DNA of 64,000 bases from Psilocybe cubensis (lineage: Eukaryota). Positions within the stretch are counted from its first letter, which is position 1, and every line of letters starts with the position of its first letter. The position numbers were made by a program, and so were the translations under genes. A model generated the notes under the pieces. That model did not search any database and was not told the origin of the DNA. It saw only the letters and a list, made by a program, of their open reading frames with translations. The stretch covers positions 806,001-870,000 of the forward strand of contig CM039001.1 of assembly GCA_017499595.2 (NCBI GenBank), written 5' to 3'. Below are positions 1-12,227 of the stretch, piece by piece.

Positions 1-570
1 CGAGGTCACTGTTTATCAAGGTATCGCCTTAATCCATTGATATGCATACTTGGGATGTGCACGAATTGGCTAATTTATCAAACCTTATAGATATGTGCAA
101 TATTCACAGAATTTTACATGGAGCTTGCGCGGCATATATAGTAGATCTGTACGTATCAACCTTTGGAACTGTAACATTTCACAAGTTACCTACAATATCA
201 AGGTGCACGAATGCGTCACTTGTATCTCTTGGAACGGCCGAGGGTTTTGACGGTACTGGAGTTTCTCAATTCATGAACCTCGTCTGGCACCATCCTATTC
301 ATCTGTAAGTAAACGTTCTTTGATCTCAAATTTTACGTGATTGATTAGCTTAATTCGCAGAGGTAAAAAAATTAAGGTTGTCTCTACATCAGTGTCCGGG
401 AAAGGCAGGCTAAGAACGATGCGGTGTGAGGTGAGTAGAGTGGCCCGGAAATTTTCCTCGGTACTTGAATAGATAATATGATTTTTCTTTAGCTTTGGAC
501 TGATGGCCAGATTTGTGTATCCGCCGTCCATTCCACTGTCAATGTGGCCATCGTGAACGCCAAACTCTGA
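1..570 (+). CDS. HotDog-fold (PaaI/ACOT13-like) thioesterase, 3' part; probably peroxisomal
   Basis: Spliced reading gives MCNIHRILHGACAAYIVD...GVSQFMNLVWHHP...KVVSTSVSGKGRLRTMRCE|LWTDGQICVSAVHSTVNVAIVNAKL* (TGA 568-570). LHG-x-C-A-A-x-x-x-D motif; ends in the PTS1 tripeptide AKL. Runs off the window start. Confidence 0.75.
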
Positions 571-871
571 GCGACAATATTTTGAAGCCGAAGTCTTCTA
601 AATCCCTAACAATCATCTCGGCGGCTTGGCCTGTAGTATATTCTACAATGATACCCATCCATCTAAGCTATACCATCATTTTTGCCTCGTAGGGTAACAT
701 TTGGACAAGTTATACCGAATCAAAAACAATGTATCCATATCTGCCCAGTGAAGTTGGGAGGCAATTCCATCGTCATTTCTTGAGTAACGGCTATGTGTGG
801 CCCAGGCAGGGAGTGGTCGTCCACTAATAAACATGGCTGGGTATGTTGTGATGTACGTCTGGTGTATTCAT

Positions 872-1728
872 CTAACTTGAAGGAAGAGACTGTAGATAAG
901 TGCGAAGTTTGTCCAATGCTTTGTAGCGATGCGAGATCTTGTTTTTCTCATCTGAAGGCATCTCAGCGTAGCTTGGAGAATTTTGTGTTAGATATAATAA
1001 ATATTGACATCAAGGTACTCACGTTTGCCCAGTTCCCAAAGGCTCGAAGATCGCGTCCCAGCCAAAGACTTTAGGACCCCGTGCAGGTACGATATTGCCC
1101 TCTGTACGACCCTCAAATATGATAGGTTCTGTTCCTGTAAATATTCAGATATAGACGCGTCCAAAGCCTCGATACACTTGTGGAACTTACCTGGACCTGC
1201 TGAGTAGGCAAACGTACACACTGCTTCAGCAGCTTTCGTGGGAAATCCAACTAGCAACGCGTTCAGTCCCTCGTGTCCCAGTTCGGCCATAAAATGCTTT
1301 ATGTAGGGCCCCGGTAGCCCTTTGAGTGCGACATAGCAGAGTGCAGTATCTTCCGTAATGCATGGTCCACCGATCTGAGAGTAGATGTCATAAGCCCAGT
1401 CAAAAATGGGATAGACGCGTCGAGAATGCTTACCATCTCGGCAGCTCTTCTGCACTTATCACTTGCGACTTCGATAGTGGTTCCCTGGATTTCAGGGACT
1501 GTGAACGTTCCATGTGAGAATTTGCATTCAGGGAAGCAATTATACGTGCTTACTTTCAAGACTCTGAGAATCGATCTCTATGGGATGTCCTCCTTCTGAA
1601 AGGATCTGCTTGACCTCCCTCAATTTGTTTGCATTGCCAGTGACGAATACTGAGAAAGATTGATTGAGCACATTGTTACTAGAAGGAAAAGCAACTTGAG
1701 TCATACCCAGACGTTTTGTTGATGCCAT
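872..1728 (-). CDS. HAM1: Inosine triphosphate pyrophosphatase (ITPase/Ham1)
   Basis: Multi-exon; motifs [26 protein letters not shown]...GLPGPYIK and C-terminal [19 protein letters not shown]; stop at 872-874. Confidence 0.95.
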
Positions 1729-2111
1729 TGATTGAAGAAAGGGTGAATTAAGAGAGAAAAACGCAACTGTGAGGATTGGTTTGCTAGAGTTTTGAGCGAT
1801 TAAAAGCAGCCCGGGTCCTTTAACTCATTACTTATCTTTGACAAAAAGATCGGCGAAGTCGGCAAGATCCGTCATTAAGCAGTGACTCGGTCGCGCGACG
1901 CGCAGCAGCCCATAATTGCATTACAAACCACAACGAACGCATATCCTCACAATTCACCGTTTCAAACGGAAATCCGTCGAAGATTATTATCAATAAATGT
2001 GACTCAGTGAAAAATCTAGATTTACAGCTGAATCGTCAGACTAAAACTGTTGAAGGATTATGGCCATCGTTGAAAGGTCGCGACCAGAAAGTTGAATGCG
2101 CAAATGCCGTT

Positions 2112-4480
2112 TTATTCATGAGCCACATCGAATGAAGAAGACACTAAATCAGACTTCTTCCGAATTCCGTCTGCCCATGCTATCGCATCCTTCCTCCCCT
2201 TCTCAACGTCAATAAAGAACCAAATGACCAATGATGCGGCGAAGCACAGTGCGAAGAGGAAGGGGAAGCCCATCCAATTGCTCCCTGATTTATCAATAAT
2301 GGCTTGAATAACGTTTGGTCCTATCATTGAGGATGCACGGTTGGAGAGACCAAATAGTCCGAAAAACTGGAATATTAGTTAGGTAGATAGTTGGATACTG
2401 AAGAATTGCTTTGGACCTACCATGTTGTCGAACCCAGGTGGGGTCAGTTCAGCCATCATTGTCTGAGCGAAGGCGTAGTACGGTGCTTGGAAAAGGCCAA
2501 AGACGACATTATACGCCCTGGAGCAAGGTTTTCAGGGGAGGAAGGGTGAGGGAAATGGGGGCACGCTCACCAAAATTCCCAGGCGTTGTGGAAACTAGAA
2601 GTCGTTCTTAGTCTTCATGTATGTCATACCATCTATTCGTCTTACCCAATTTTTCCAGTCCAGATACCAAGCATCCCCCAAAATGGAATGAAAATTGTGA
2701 CGACATTAGTTACCACAAACTGATACGTGAAATTCGTTAGTTTCTATCAGAAGCAGTGCGGTACAAAAAACATACCATCTTTTTGGTACTGACTTTAAAG
2801 TACCGTTGAAAGTACCAGAAACCGAGAGTACTCATAGTAGACGTGATTGCCTGAGCAAGACCCAAATACGTATTTTGGAGGAAGCTGAATGAGAATTTGT
2901 CGTTCTGACATATGGAAACCAAGGTGCCAGTGGTATTCAGACCCTGATATGGAAGACAAACGGCTATGAATTAGCGCAAAACCTGAAGTTATACTTGTCC
3001 CTTACATCTGCCAAAAGGAAAAAAGCGAATAGGTATATGAAGGTATATGGTAGCTGTTTATACTGTTTACTGGCTGCCCAAAGCTATTGTATAGGTTCAG
3101 TAATAGGTATGTAGGCAAGCGAAAAGACAAACCTGTTTCCATCCTATAGTGATATATCGCTCTCCTTTAGGAAGGGGTGGTCCAGGACGAGGTTCTTGGA
3201 AGATGACTAAACAAGAATGTAAGTAACAAATTGTCAGATGATATCGGGCACATACACCACCAAATACCCGTTATTACCCAGTAAGAATTGACTCTGGAAG
3301 GCAGTCAAGTCAGGATTTGATATCGTTCTCCAAAGGGGAAGGTGTTTACAGAACAAGGGTGTAATTGTTGGCTTTTGGGTTGCTTGCTAATGGCAGAAGT
3401 ATAGTCAAGTTTAGACATAAAGTAGCAATGTAGCCAATGTTGCTGTGGGCCTATCGAGAGATGAAAGAATGTCAATAAAATGTCAATAAAAAAGATATTG
3501 TTACTCACTGTGGAAATATTACTGATTCGATTCTTCTCCATACTTTCCTCCACCTCGTATTCTTCCTTAGTGATCTCACCGGAGTCGCATTTAGCTAGCA
3601 ATGTGCGTGTGTGGCTTGTGTTGCGAGCAAGACGAGGGAATATTGCAGCATAAAACACTAGCGTGGCACCGTATGAGATAAAACCAATCATGTATAAAGC
3701 CATCGCGAGTGGCCAACTTGAAGGCGCTGTTGGTTCGCAGTTGTAAGTAGACTGAACGACTGATACAAGAATTTAGATGTACTTGTCAAGCTCATTTCAG
3801 CATATTGCGATGCCCAGCAGATAACTGTGACGACGAAAAGTAACCAACGTCCGAAGGTACCATAATCTGCAGCAGAGCCTATGGTCGTAAATATCATGGT
3901 CATGATCTACGGCACTTAGTTAGTATCGAAAGTTATCAATGAAAATTGCCACGTACAGCAAAACAAATACCGTTTGCGATAAGAACGATGCTGGAAACCG
4001 ATTTAGTTCCTCCTGCCCAAGGAAGAACACAGTTCCCTGAAGATCCGTCTGCATTACACGAAGACCCAGGCCCTCTGGCAGGGTCATAGCCTGCACTGAA
4101 TGCTAAAGACTGGAATAGAGTCATGGAGAACCCTAATGGTCCGACTCCCTAATGAACGAACATCAATTTCTTTGACTTGATGAACAGAGCTGGACAAACG
4201 TACATTATCGCCATTGTAGTATACTTAGGATATAGCAGAATGTTTAGCAGAATCATAGCTCGAGAGGCAGATAGACCTTACAGTAATAGCTCCACAACTC
4301 TTTTCTTGTAACGATAGGTTCATCCTTCGTTATTGAAGAAACAAACATCGGCCCATCGTTGTCCATAGAGTTTGATATTAGCTCAGAGCTGCCAGATCCT
4401 CGCTCCATTTGGGTCTTCTCGTCTGCGGTGCCACTGTCGTTGTGGGAAACCTCCTCCGTCGGAAGCGTTGGCAGAGACAT
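2112..4480 (-). CDS. ATG22: Atg22-like MFS vacuolar amino-acid efflux transporter
   Basis: Many hydrophobic exons; EPIVTRKELWSYY, IGSAADYG, YAAIFPRLARNT, NRISNIS, IGPNVIQAIID...DVEKGRKDA. Confidence 0.85.
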
Positions 4481-5417
4481 TGCACGATGAAGGGGTCGTG
4501 AAAGAAGCCTTACGTTCCCCCGGGAAGTCTGATATATATACGTCCTGGTGAGCACTAAGGCATATACACGATAGGAGAAATGGGAACGAACGCGATGGAA
4601 GTAACGTCCCGCCCATAATAGAACATCCAGCCGACCAATAGATTACAGAAGCCTATCTGTGCCGCACGTCGTGTGATATGCGCAAAATGAGAAGGCGTTG
4701 AGGTGCCATGCGTGTCCAACAGGACTCCATGAATTGGTGTATGCTAAATTTACACGCGAATGTTGGTCCTGCGATACTCTGGATGGGGATTGAAAGGAAT
4801 TGGCGCTACTTGGAAGTCATTAGGATCGGGGATATGACTAAGTTTGAATGACTGGGTAATAGCGTTGGTTATCGAAGGGTTGAAGACCTCGATTGAGGCG
4901 TAGTGACTGCAACAAATGAGGCATCATCGGGCCGGTTTACCGAACCACACCCTTTCTGGGATGGCAGCTGGCAGCAGTGGGAGTCTTTCTCTTCCCTCAG
5001 TGAACCACATACGGATGAAGCCTTCAAGCAACTCCAATGCTCTAGCACCACTGGCGCCTTAAAAATGCATGCCACTCATAATTGATGGTATTCTGTCTAT
5101 TCTTGTCCAATATCGCACTCTATCAGTTGACGGTTTTCCTCGAAAATGTTGTTGTTCTTTTGCGCCGGACTACAGGAAACGAAAGTCATTAAGAGATGTT
5201 CACGGTCACGGGAAGAAACATGGCCTTCTGAAGACAGTCTTATCGCTGCATGGCCTTCTCTACAATCCACTCTTGTTACTGGAGTAAGCCTCAGGTGGGG
5301 TAGGTAGCAAAGCGCAAACCCCCAAGTTGAGAACTTGGGTTTTTACACCAGGTACGTTCACCAATGAATTGAACTGTGCTCACAAAGTAAATCATAGACG
5401 TTTGATACAGAATTAGG

Positions 5418-7514
5418 ATGATAAAACCAACCTCCTTCCGGCTACTGCTCTTGGTCGCAATATTCTTCTCGCCTGTATTTGCAGGCCTGAATGTTTTAAC
5501 GTCTTATCCACCAGGAGACGTCTTCAGCTTCAGTAATCAACCACATAATCAGTATCTTGCTGAATCCCAAATTGCATTTTCAACACTCATCGACCCTCCG
5601 CTGCCTGAAGATTTCACATCGAATCTTGAACCCGCAACAAGTTTGTGGTTAGATGGTCTGATCACTGTTGAGTCTCTTAAACGGAAATTCAATCTCTATT
5701 CTACTGTGGACGACGTATGGAATCCCAACTTCGCCCAAAATCTCTTCATATCTGTTCACAGCCAAACCCGACGGACAGTAGAATTGGTGCCGGAGGTGTA
5801 TGATTGGTTGAAATCACAAGGAGTTTCGCGAATTTTCCTTCCAAAATCGATTAAACGACCGTCGCGGGATGTCATTTCATCCCACACAATTTCCGAAACA
5901 ATTTTTCCAGGTCCCTTTGTTCTCTCGGCACATGAGCAATCTTCTTCGGAAGTGCTGCTTCACAATGTGTACAAGTTGTACCTGGATGAATATGAAGCCT
6001 TTCTGTTTGGTGCAATACCTGACCTTGCGGGAGGCGGATGGATTCTTACTAATATCACCAGTAACCTTCTTTCAGACGACGGTGTCTCAAATACGCAGCT
6101 CATCCCTGTTCCTTCACGGGTGAGAATGGTGGACTCTAAAAGTCCTCTTGCTGGTACCCGCTTCGGGTTGAAAGACATATTTGATGCGCAAGGATTGCCT
6201 ACAGCGGCTGGGTCAATAGCATACGCACAAACACACCCCATTCCAAACGAAACTGCACCATCTATCACCAAGCTTCTGGCGCTCGGCGCGACGATGGTCG
6301 GCAAAACGCGAACATCGCAATTCGCGCATGGCGCAAATCCATGGGAATTTGTTGACGTGCCATATTCATGGAATCCACGCGGGGACGGGCATTTGACTGC
6401 GTCTGCTTCAAGCTCGGGCAGCGCATGCGCCATCGCCGGCTATAACTGGTTAGAGTTCACTGTCGGGAGCGATACAAGAGGGAGTGTCAGGAAACCAGCC
6501 GCGCTCACGGGCGTGTATGGCATCCGACCGTCTCATGGAAGCCTAGATCTATCAGGAGTAGTACCTCTTTCAGAAGAAATGGATACGGCTGGCTTTTTTG
6601 CACGTCATCCACTCATATTTTACGAGATCGCAACTCGGTGGTACGGTGTTCCCCTTACTACTTATATAATAATTGTATTGACTCAAGGATACAGGTATGT
6701 GGATTCACCGGTGGCGAGTAATCAAGCTATTTCACGCTTTCCTTCGAAGTTGTTATATCCGATAGATCATTACCCTGTTAAAAGCAAAAGCGGTCAAATT
6801 CTGGTAGACGGTTTTATTTCGACCTTGACCCGGCTCCTCGGCATCAATGTAATGCCTGTCAACTTTACGGAAGTCCTAATACCATACTTTCCTAATGGCA
6901 GTTTTCCTGCCTTCCAGCAGGCATCGAATAAATTGGCCGAATACCGATCCTGGGTGGATGTTGGTAGCCCAACGACACAAGAATTTTTGTTGCGATTTGG
7001 GAGCTTGCCTGTCTTTGACCCTATCCCGCAGAAAATGTTCGCCCGTGCTAAGCAAATCACAGCGGACGACTTTGCCAAGGCCGTGGCGCTCAAGCGCGCG
7101 TTCAGCGACGCTCTTGCAAAAGACATTTTCAAGTATGACGAGGAGTCGTGTTCGGACTCGATATTTATGTACGACGCGGCTACAGGTGGAGTTCCATCTT
7201 ACCGTGTTGAAGATTTCAATCACCTTGCCGGGGCGACGCCGTTCTTACTGACTGCAGCTGGCGGTGACAACCCGGCCTCTGCTGCGTCTGATTTCTTCAA
7301 CTTTCTTGCCTCGATGGGCGAATTACCTGAAGTGACCGTGCCCATCGGCCAGGTGGATTATTTTAGCCCTTTAAGCAGGACGTGGGAGCCCATCCCTATT
7401 GCAGTACAGTTGGTATCGCGCAAGGGCTGTGATAAGATGCTTTTGGAACTTGTTCGACAACTGGCTGAGGCGGGGGTGGTGCGGCCTGTACAGGTGGGGC
7501 GATCAATTTTCTGA
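5418..7514 (+). CDS. Secreted amidase-signature family protein
   Basis: 698-aa ORF with signal peptide, FGLKDIF (Lys), GKTRTSQFA, SASSSGSA and GSDTRGSVRKPA. Probable in-frame 54-nt intron at 6641-6694 (gtacgg...acag). Confidence 0.9.
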   Translation: MIKPTSFRLLLLVAIFFSPVFAGLNVLTSYPPGDVFSFSNQPHNQYLAESQIAFSTLIDPPLPEDFTSNLEPATSLWLDGLITVESLKRKFNLYSTVDDVWNPNFAQNLFISVHSQTRRTVELVPEVYDWLKSQGVSRIFLPKSIKRPSRDVISSHTISETIFPGPFVLSAHEQSSSEVLLHNVYKLYLDEYEAFLFGAIPDLAGGGWILTNITSNLLSDDGVSNTQLIPVPSRVRMVDSKSPLAGTRFGLKDIFDAQGLPTAAGSIAYAQTHPIPNETAPSITKLLALGATMVGKTRTSQFAHGANPWEFVDVPYSWNPRGDGHLTASASSSGSACAIAGYNWLEFTVGSDTRGSVRKPAALTGVYGIRPSHGSLDLSGVVPLSEEMDTAGFFARHPLIFYEIATRWYGVPLTTYIIIVLTQGYRYVDSPVASNQAISRFPSKLLYPIDHYPVKSKSGQILVDGFISTLTRLLGINVMPVNFTEVLIPYFPNGSFPAFQQASNKLAEYRSWVDVGSPTTQEFLLRFGSLPVFDPIPQKMFARAKQITADDFAKAVALKRAFSDALAKDIFKYDEESCSDSIFMYDAATGGVPSYRVEDFNHLAGATPFLLTAAGGDNPASAASDFFNFLASMGELPEVTVPIGQVDYFSPLSRTWEPIPIAVQLVSRKGCDKMLLELVRQLAEAGVVRPVQVGRSIF

Positions 7515-8316
7515 TGGGGGATCTTTGTGTGGTAGACACATATGTATGGATGGGAATGCACTGGAGAGTTTGATAATTATATCACGCACACGCCAAGGCA
7601 CGAGCGCTATCAAAGGTATCTTTAGCCGTTGTGTGTATTCTCCTATTTATATGACCTTTGTTTATCAAGCAAAGAATCGGACTCGTGTGTTCTTGCCTAT
7701 CTATTCTGACGTGCATAAAATCTCCGCATTGCTTCGAACATTGAGTCGGCCTGCAGTATTAATAATCCGATGGCGCCCGCTTACCAGCCCCATGACATTA
7801 CTAGTGTGGTTTATAATAGTAAACACCTGGAAGATATACCCTAATAGAGCAGAAAATGCCCAACCAGACGGTATATATATTCCGATCCGAACCGTCCACA
7901 ACCTGTGTGGAAATTGATGAACTGGAGTCACTTTCCTGGGAAGGTGGATGGATGGGGATTCCGGAGGACACATGTGGCACAGCAGGTGTACACAATTGCT
8001 GGAGTACAGAAAGGGCTGGGGGTATGTGTGGGTGTATTGTGGTGATAATTGGTCCGGTAACGGGGGGCTCCTGGTGTTGGCGGTCAACATGGACCTACAA
8101 CCGGCCGGACACGTGGGATGGGCAAACTCCGAATAGCAAATTTGTGTTTGGAATCGGGTTGTACCTGTACTTCCATGCTGCATCGCCCTTCCCAGCATCC
8201 AACACGAGGTCGTGAGATCCTCTGAATGTCCTATTTGCCCTAACTTGCCGACATAGATGTCTTCTTTTTGATTGTCTCTTGTTGTGCTCCTACTCCCACC
8301 ACCGCATCCACCAACT

Positions 8317-10149
8317 ATGAGCCTGGCTATCCGGCCTACACTGCGCCCCGTCGTCTGGTCCAATGTAGACGCCCATGGTCACACCCTCCGTCGCGAGCGA
8401 TCTCCGGACACAGACTCCAATGACGAAGACTACTATCCTGCAAAGAAGAAGAAAAAGGCCATCGGGGTCCCCGCCGTCTACTATCCGCCCCCATTGAGCC
8501 CCTCCGAGATGCTGTGGCGTGATCGCTATGGATATCTTTTTCAGAGGGGGTACCAGATCCGCCCCCGCTATTCACCCAACTGGTCCCCAACGTGGTTGGG
8601 CAACGGGAGGCACCATCACAGTGGAGAGGATCATATCATGCAGATTGTGAGTTTCCGTGGGTGGTTCTTCACGTTTCTGCGGAACTCTAATTTTGTTATA
8701 ATTGCCATCATTGCATGTGTCATGTCACGCACAATCAGCTTCCACAGGTTCTGGACGGTATCAGAAGACAGGATGGTTTGGTTGTGTGTATCAAGATGAT
8801 TCAGGATCGCAGAAAGTTGCGTCAGGTCGCTATTGTCGAATATTTTTCGACGCGCCGCTTATTGGAAGACTCGCGAAATCACATCGTGCCATTTTATGAC
8901 TCGTTTGGAGATTCGTTCTCCCCGCACATTCAATTCATGGTCACCCCTGTACTTCGCCGCTTTGATGATCCACCGTTTCTCATGGCGTGTGAAGTTGTCG
9001 ATTTCGTGTCACAGGTCCTTGAGGTGCGTCAGTCTGACTCATATCAGGTGCTCGTTTGACTGTTGGCGCCTATACCTTAGGGTCTGGCGTTCATGCATGA
9101 AAACAACGTTGCTCATCAGTAAGTGCTAGTGTTTTCATCTTTCCTTTCATTGTGCTTAGTAATCTTCACACCGTAATTTTCTCAGCAACCTTACGGCCGA
9201 GCATATCATGATGGATGCAAAAGCCCTTGTTCCTACTGGCTGGCACTTTGTGTCACACTTCTGTGAACCAGATGGTATGACAAGAATACAACCTCTGGAC
9301 CGCAAAAATCATTCCGTGCGATATTACTTTGTCGGATTTGGGAGTTGTTATCACATCTCCCCCAACAAAGAACCTTTGGTCACAGACATAGGAGGCCTCG
9401 ATGACGATGTTCCAGAGTTGTTCACTGGAAAGCCTTACGATCCCTATAAGCTTGATGTATACACCCTGGCAAATGTTTTCTTGAAGGAACTATACCTGGT
9501 TCGTTTCCCCGCAGCCTGTTCTAAAAAAAGTATAGAAGTTGATGAGATCATCGAACAGAAATATCACGGTGTAGAATTTTTGAAGGACCTCACGGATTAC
9601 ATGCGTATACAGGACTTCGAAAAACGCCCAGGTGCCACCAAGGTTCTCAGTAGGTGGTATCGCATGCGCAGCAATTTTAACGAAGACGAGCTGGAAGAAC
9701 TTCCGTTAGTCTATAAGCCGGGCATGCGCCCCCGTGTCCTTACCGAATCGCCTCCAAGTAGTTCAGGCGGACGGTCCACGAAACGCGACATCAACACTAT
9801 CGTTAATCGATCAGGCGCGAAGGATCGACCTACTACGTCAGGTTCATCTTCGGCGTCTCCATCTGCATCAGCATCAAGGCCGTCAATTTCGCCCATGGTA
9901 TCACCAAGGCCGCCAGTGTCGCCTATGACAGCGCTGCGGCCGTCAGCCTCTCCCATCACTTCGAATAGACAGCCAGCATCTCCATTGGCCTCGTCCAGAC
10001 CATCAGCTTCCCCTATGACTTCGTCTAGGCCACCAATATCTCCCTCCACATCGTTTCCTTCTGCAGGAACTAGTGGTTCTTCAAGAGTGTCGTCGTTTTC
10101 GTCAGGTTCAACAGGAGCTGTCTCACCAAAAGTTCAACAAGGATCTTAG
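8317..10149 (+). CDS. Agaricomycete protein kinase-like (AgaK1-type) protein, probable pseudokinase with Ser/Pro-rich tail
   Basis: WRDRY..L.QRGYQIRPRYSPNWSPTW, VCIK, NHIVPFYD, PVLRRFDDPPF, GLAFMHENNVAH, PYDPYKLDVYTL; spliced over 5 exons. Confidence 0.8.
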
Positions 10150-10880
10150 AACCTTGGATTTTGCGCCGGGTGTTTTTTTTTCTCTTTTTCTTTGGTCTCC
10201 TGTTCGCTATACCTTTTCCCATCTATATCTGTGCTTTTGGTTTATATTTATCTGTTCCATTTTTTCGTTTTATTTTTGATCTCTTAGCCTTGGCCTCATT
10301 ATCCGTGTTTTGCTCACTCTCACTCTCACTCATCCCCATCCTCAACTGTTTTTCACTGTCGTATGATCACCTGTATCCTATCAAGAGTAACATTCTGTAT
10401 ATATCATGTAGTCCACATCCTCCTCCCTTCATCTTTATCGCCTCCTCGTTTGTCTTGCCTGTCTCCCTATTTTCACTGCTCACACACGGACCCGACTATC
10501 TTCCTCTCCTCACATGCCTACTCCCACTCCAGAACATTTTTCTATATCGATTACACATGCAAAGGACACCAGTTTTTGTTCAATTTGTTTTCATTATTTG
10601 TTTCTTTTTGTTATTATCTTTAGGTAGAATCGACCATGAGGACGTAGAATCCCTCACTCATCTGTGTTAGGGGTAGTCCGAATCAGGAGTCGAATGTGGA
10701 CACTGACATTCTCGTGTAAGCGCTGCTGGTAGCTGCTAGTTACTATATGGTGAGCTCTAGCGAGTTTGGGTTTTGTCTGGGGTCGTCGGAAAGTACGTTC
10801 ACCCGGAGACCTTGGCAATATAGTGGGGAATCGGGATGATTGGCGTTGAAATTACGAAATGGCCCCGGAAGGGTCGTCGT

Positions 10881-11703
10881 AGGACCCCTGAAAATACCCT
10901 ATAATCCCTGATCCACTTCCGGATAAAACTTGAGAAAATTTGTCGTCATGCCATAGGACTGTCCGGATAAAATTTGAGAAAATTTTGCTTGACGCCACAC
11001 CGGATTTTCCGGATAAGAATTTGGGAAGCCGACAGAAGCTAGATCCAGGTCCGGACAGGGTCCGGATAAAACTTGGACACAGACGCGTCTCGAACTTACG
11101 ACGGTCAAGAAAAGTCAGACTTACATAGACGGCTTAACCACTAAACTAAGCTTTCGTGTATGTACTTCCAAAATTTTATGTGTATGTTTAAACATACCCC
11201 AGAAATTACTCCTTCGGGGCTTTGAATTTCTGAAGATGATTGAATTTTGTACAGATAAATCAGTGATACAAAGAGTGGGGCGGTTCTGAACGCATTGGAG
11301 CAGCTGAATTCAAGGAAAAAGACGGGAAACCAGCTTGAGGAAGAGGAAAATGAAAGTTAGCCACAAAACTAATTAGTGTAGATATATTCTTCCTCTTGCC
11401 CAAAACATCTATAGTACTTTCAAATGGTCTACGTTACATCTTTTTCAATCAATTATACTTCTTTGTAGCGTACAAGAGCGTCTGCGAGCGGTTGCGAGCT
11501 CAAATTCACCTTTTTCGGGCGTTTTTGGAGAAAAATTTCCATTTTAGGAAATTTTGGAGGCCAGATATCTGTCCGGATAAAAATTCGAAAATCCTCATGG
11601 TAGATCCGCCGTCCGGATAAGATTTTGGAAAATCTGTCCGGATAAAATTCCGCAAATTTTGGCCATTTTGGATCAGGCATTTTGGGGTATTTTCAGGGGT
11701 CCT
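10881..11703. mobile_element. Non-autonomous TIR DNA transposon (MITE-like, hAT-like), 823 bp
   Basis: Perfect 19-bp TIR AGGACCCCTGAAAATACCC (10881-10899 and 11685-11703), extending to 32/35 identity. Flanked by 8-bp direct repeat GTCGTCGT (10873-10880 and 11704-11711). Seven subterminal CCGGATAA motifs; no transposase ORF. Confidence 0.9.
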
Positions 11704-12227
11704 GTCGTCGTCGGTCGAGTGAGACCTTCGATCGAGGCGGAGGAATTACAATATGATCAAAGGGCCTATCAAATTGAAATCTGATTTTATTTTCATTGAT
11801 GTGCATATTTGTGGGTTGTTGTGGGTCCTGCTCAAGTGTACCATGTTGGAATTAGTTGAATATTGGTTTCAGTCAACCGTGGGGGCATCGGATGTGGGCT
11901 TGATGGGGTTGCCTGTCATATCATTCCATGATTGTCGTTGATCGACAAGGACTCCGAAGTCACCTCGGATTTGTTTTGTAGATTAGTTAACCAGATTCAC
12001 TAGTCTTGTAGAAACGATTGGACATCATCATGAAGACACTGAACTGAGTCAATTTCTATTATCATGTCGAGACATGTTAATTTCGATGCGGTTCAAAAAA
12101 GTACACTAAAGATTGTGATATGGTACATGAGGGAGCTATGGATGAAAACATTCTTTGCCCAAAAATGAAGGTTAATTCTACTGCTAACACTACTGCTACT
12201 TTACAGGCCCGCTGCCAATGCTATTCG

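Noticed and set aside
5321-5339. 8-bp inverted repeat CCCAAGTT-GAG-AACTTGGG upstream of the amidase
   Set aside because: Too short to distinguish from chance; no TSD or partner.
7399-8363. Overlapping 119-220 aa ORFs between the amidase and the kinase-like gene
   Set aside because: No recognisable domain or consistent splice structure; probably UTR or promoter sequence.
10161-10670. Hydrophobic 169-aa ORF (and similar ORFs at 19283-20112)
   Set aside because: Arises from pyrimidine-rich sequence directly after stop codons; likely long 3' UTRs.
10919-11645. Spaced CCGGATAA repeats resembling a CRISPR-like array
   Set aside because: Eukaryotic context, 8-bp units, irregular spacing, and enclosed by TIRs, so they are transposon subterminal repeats.
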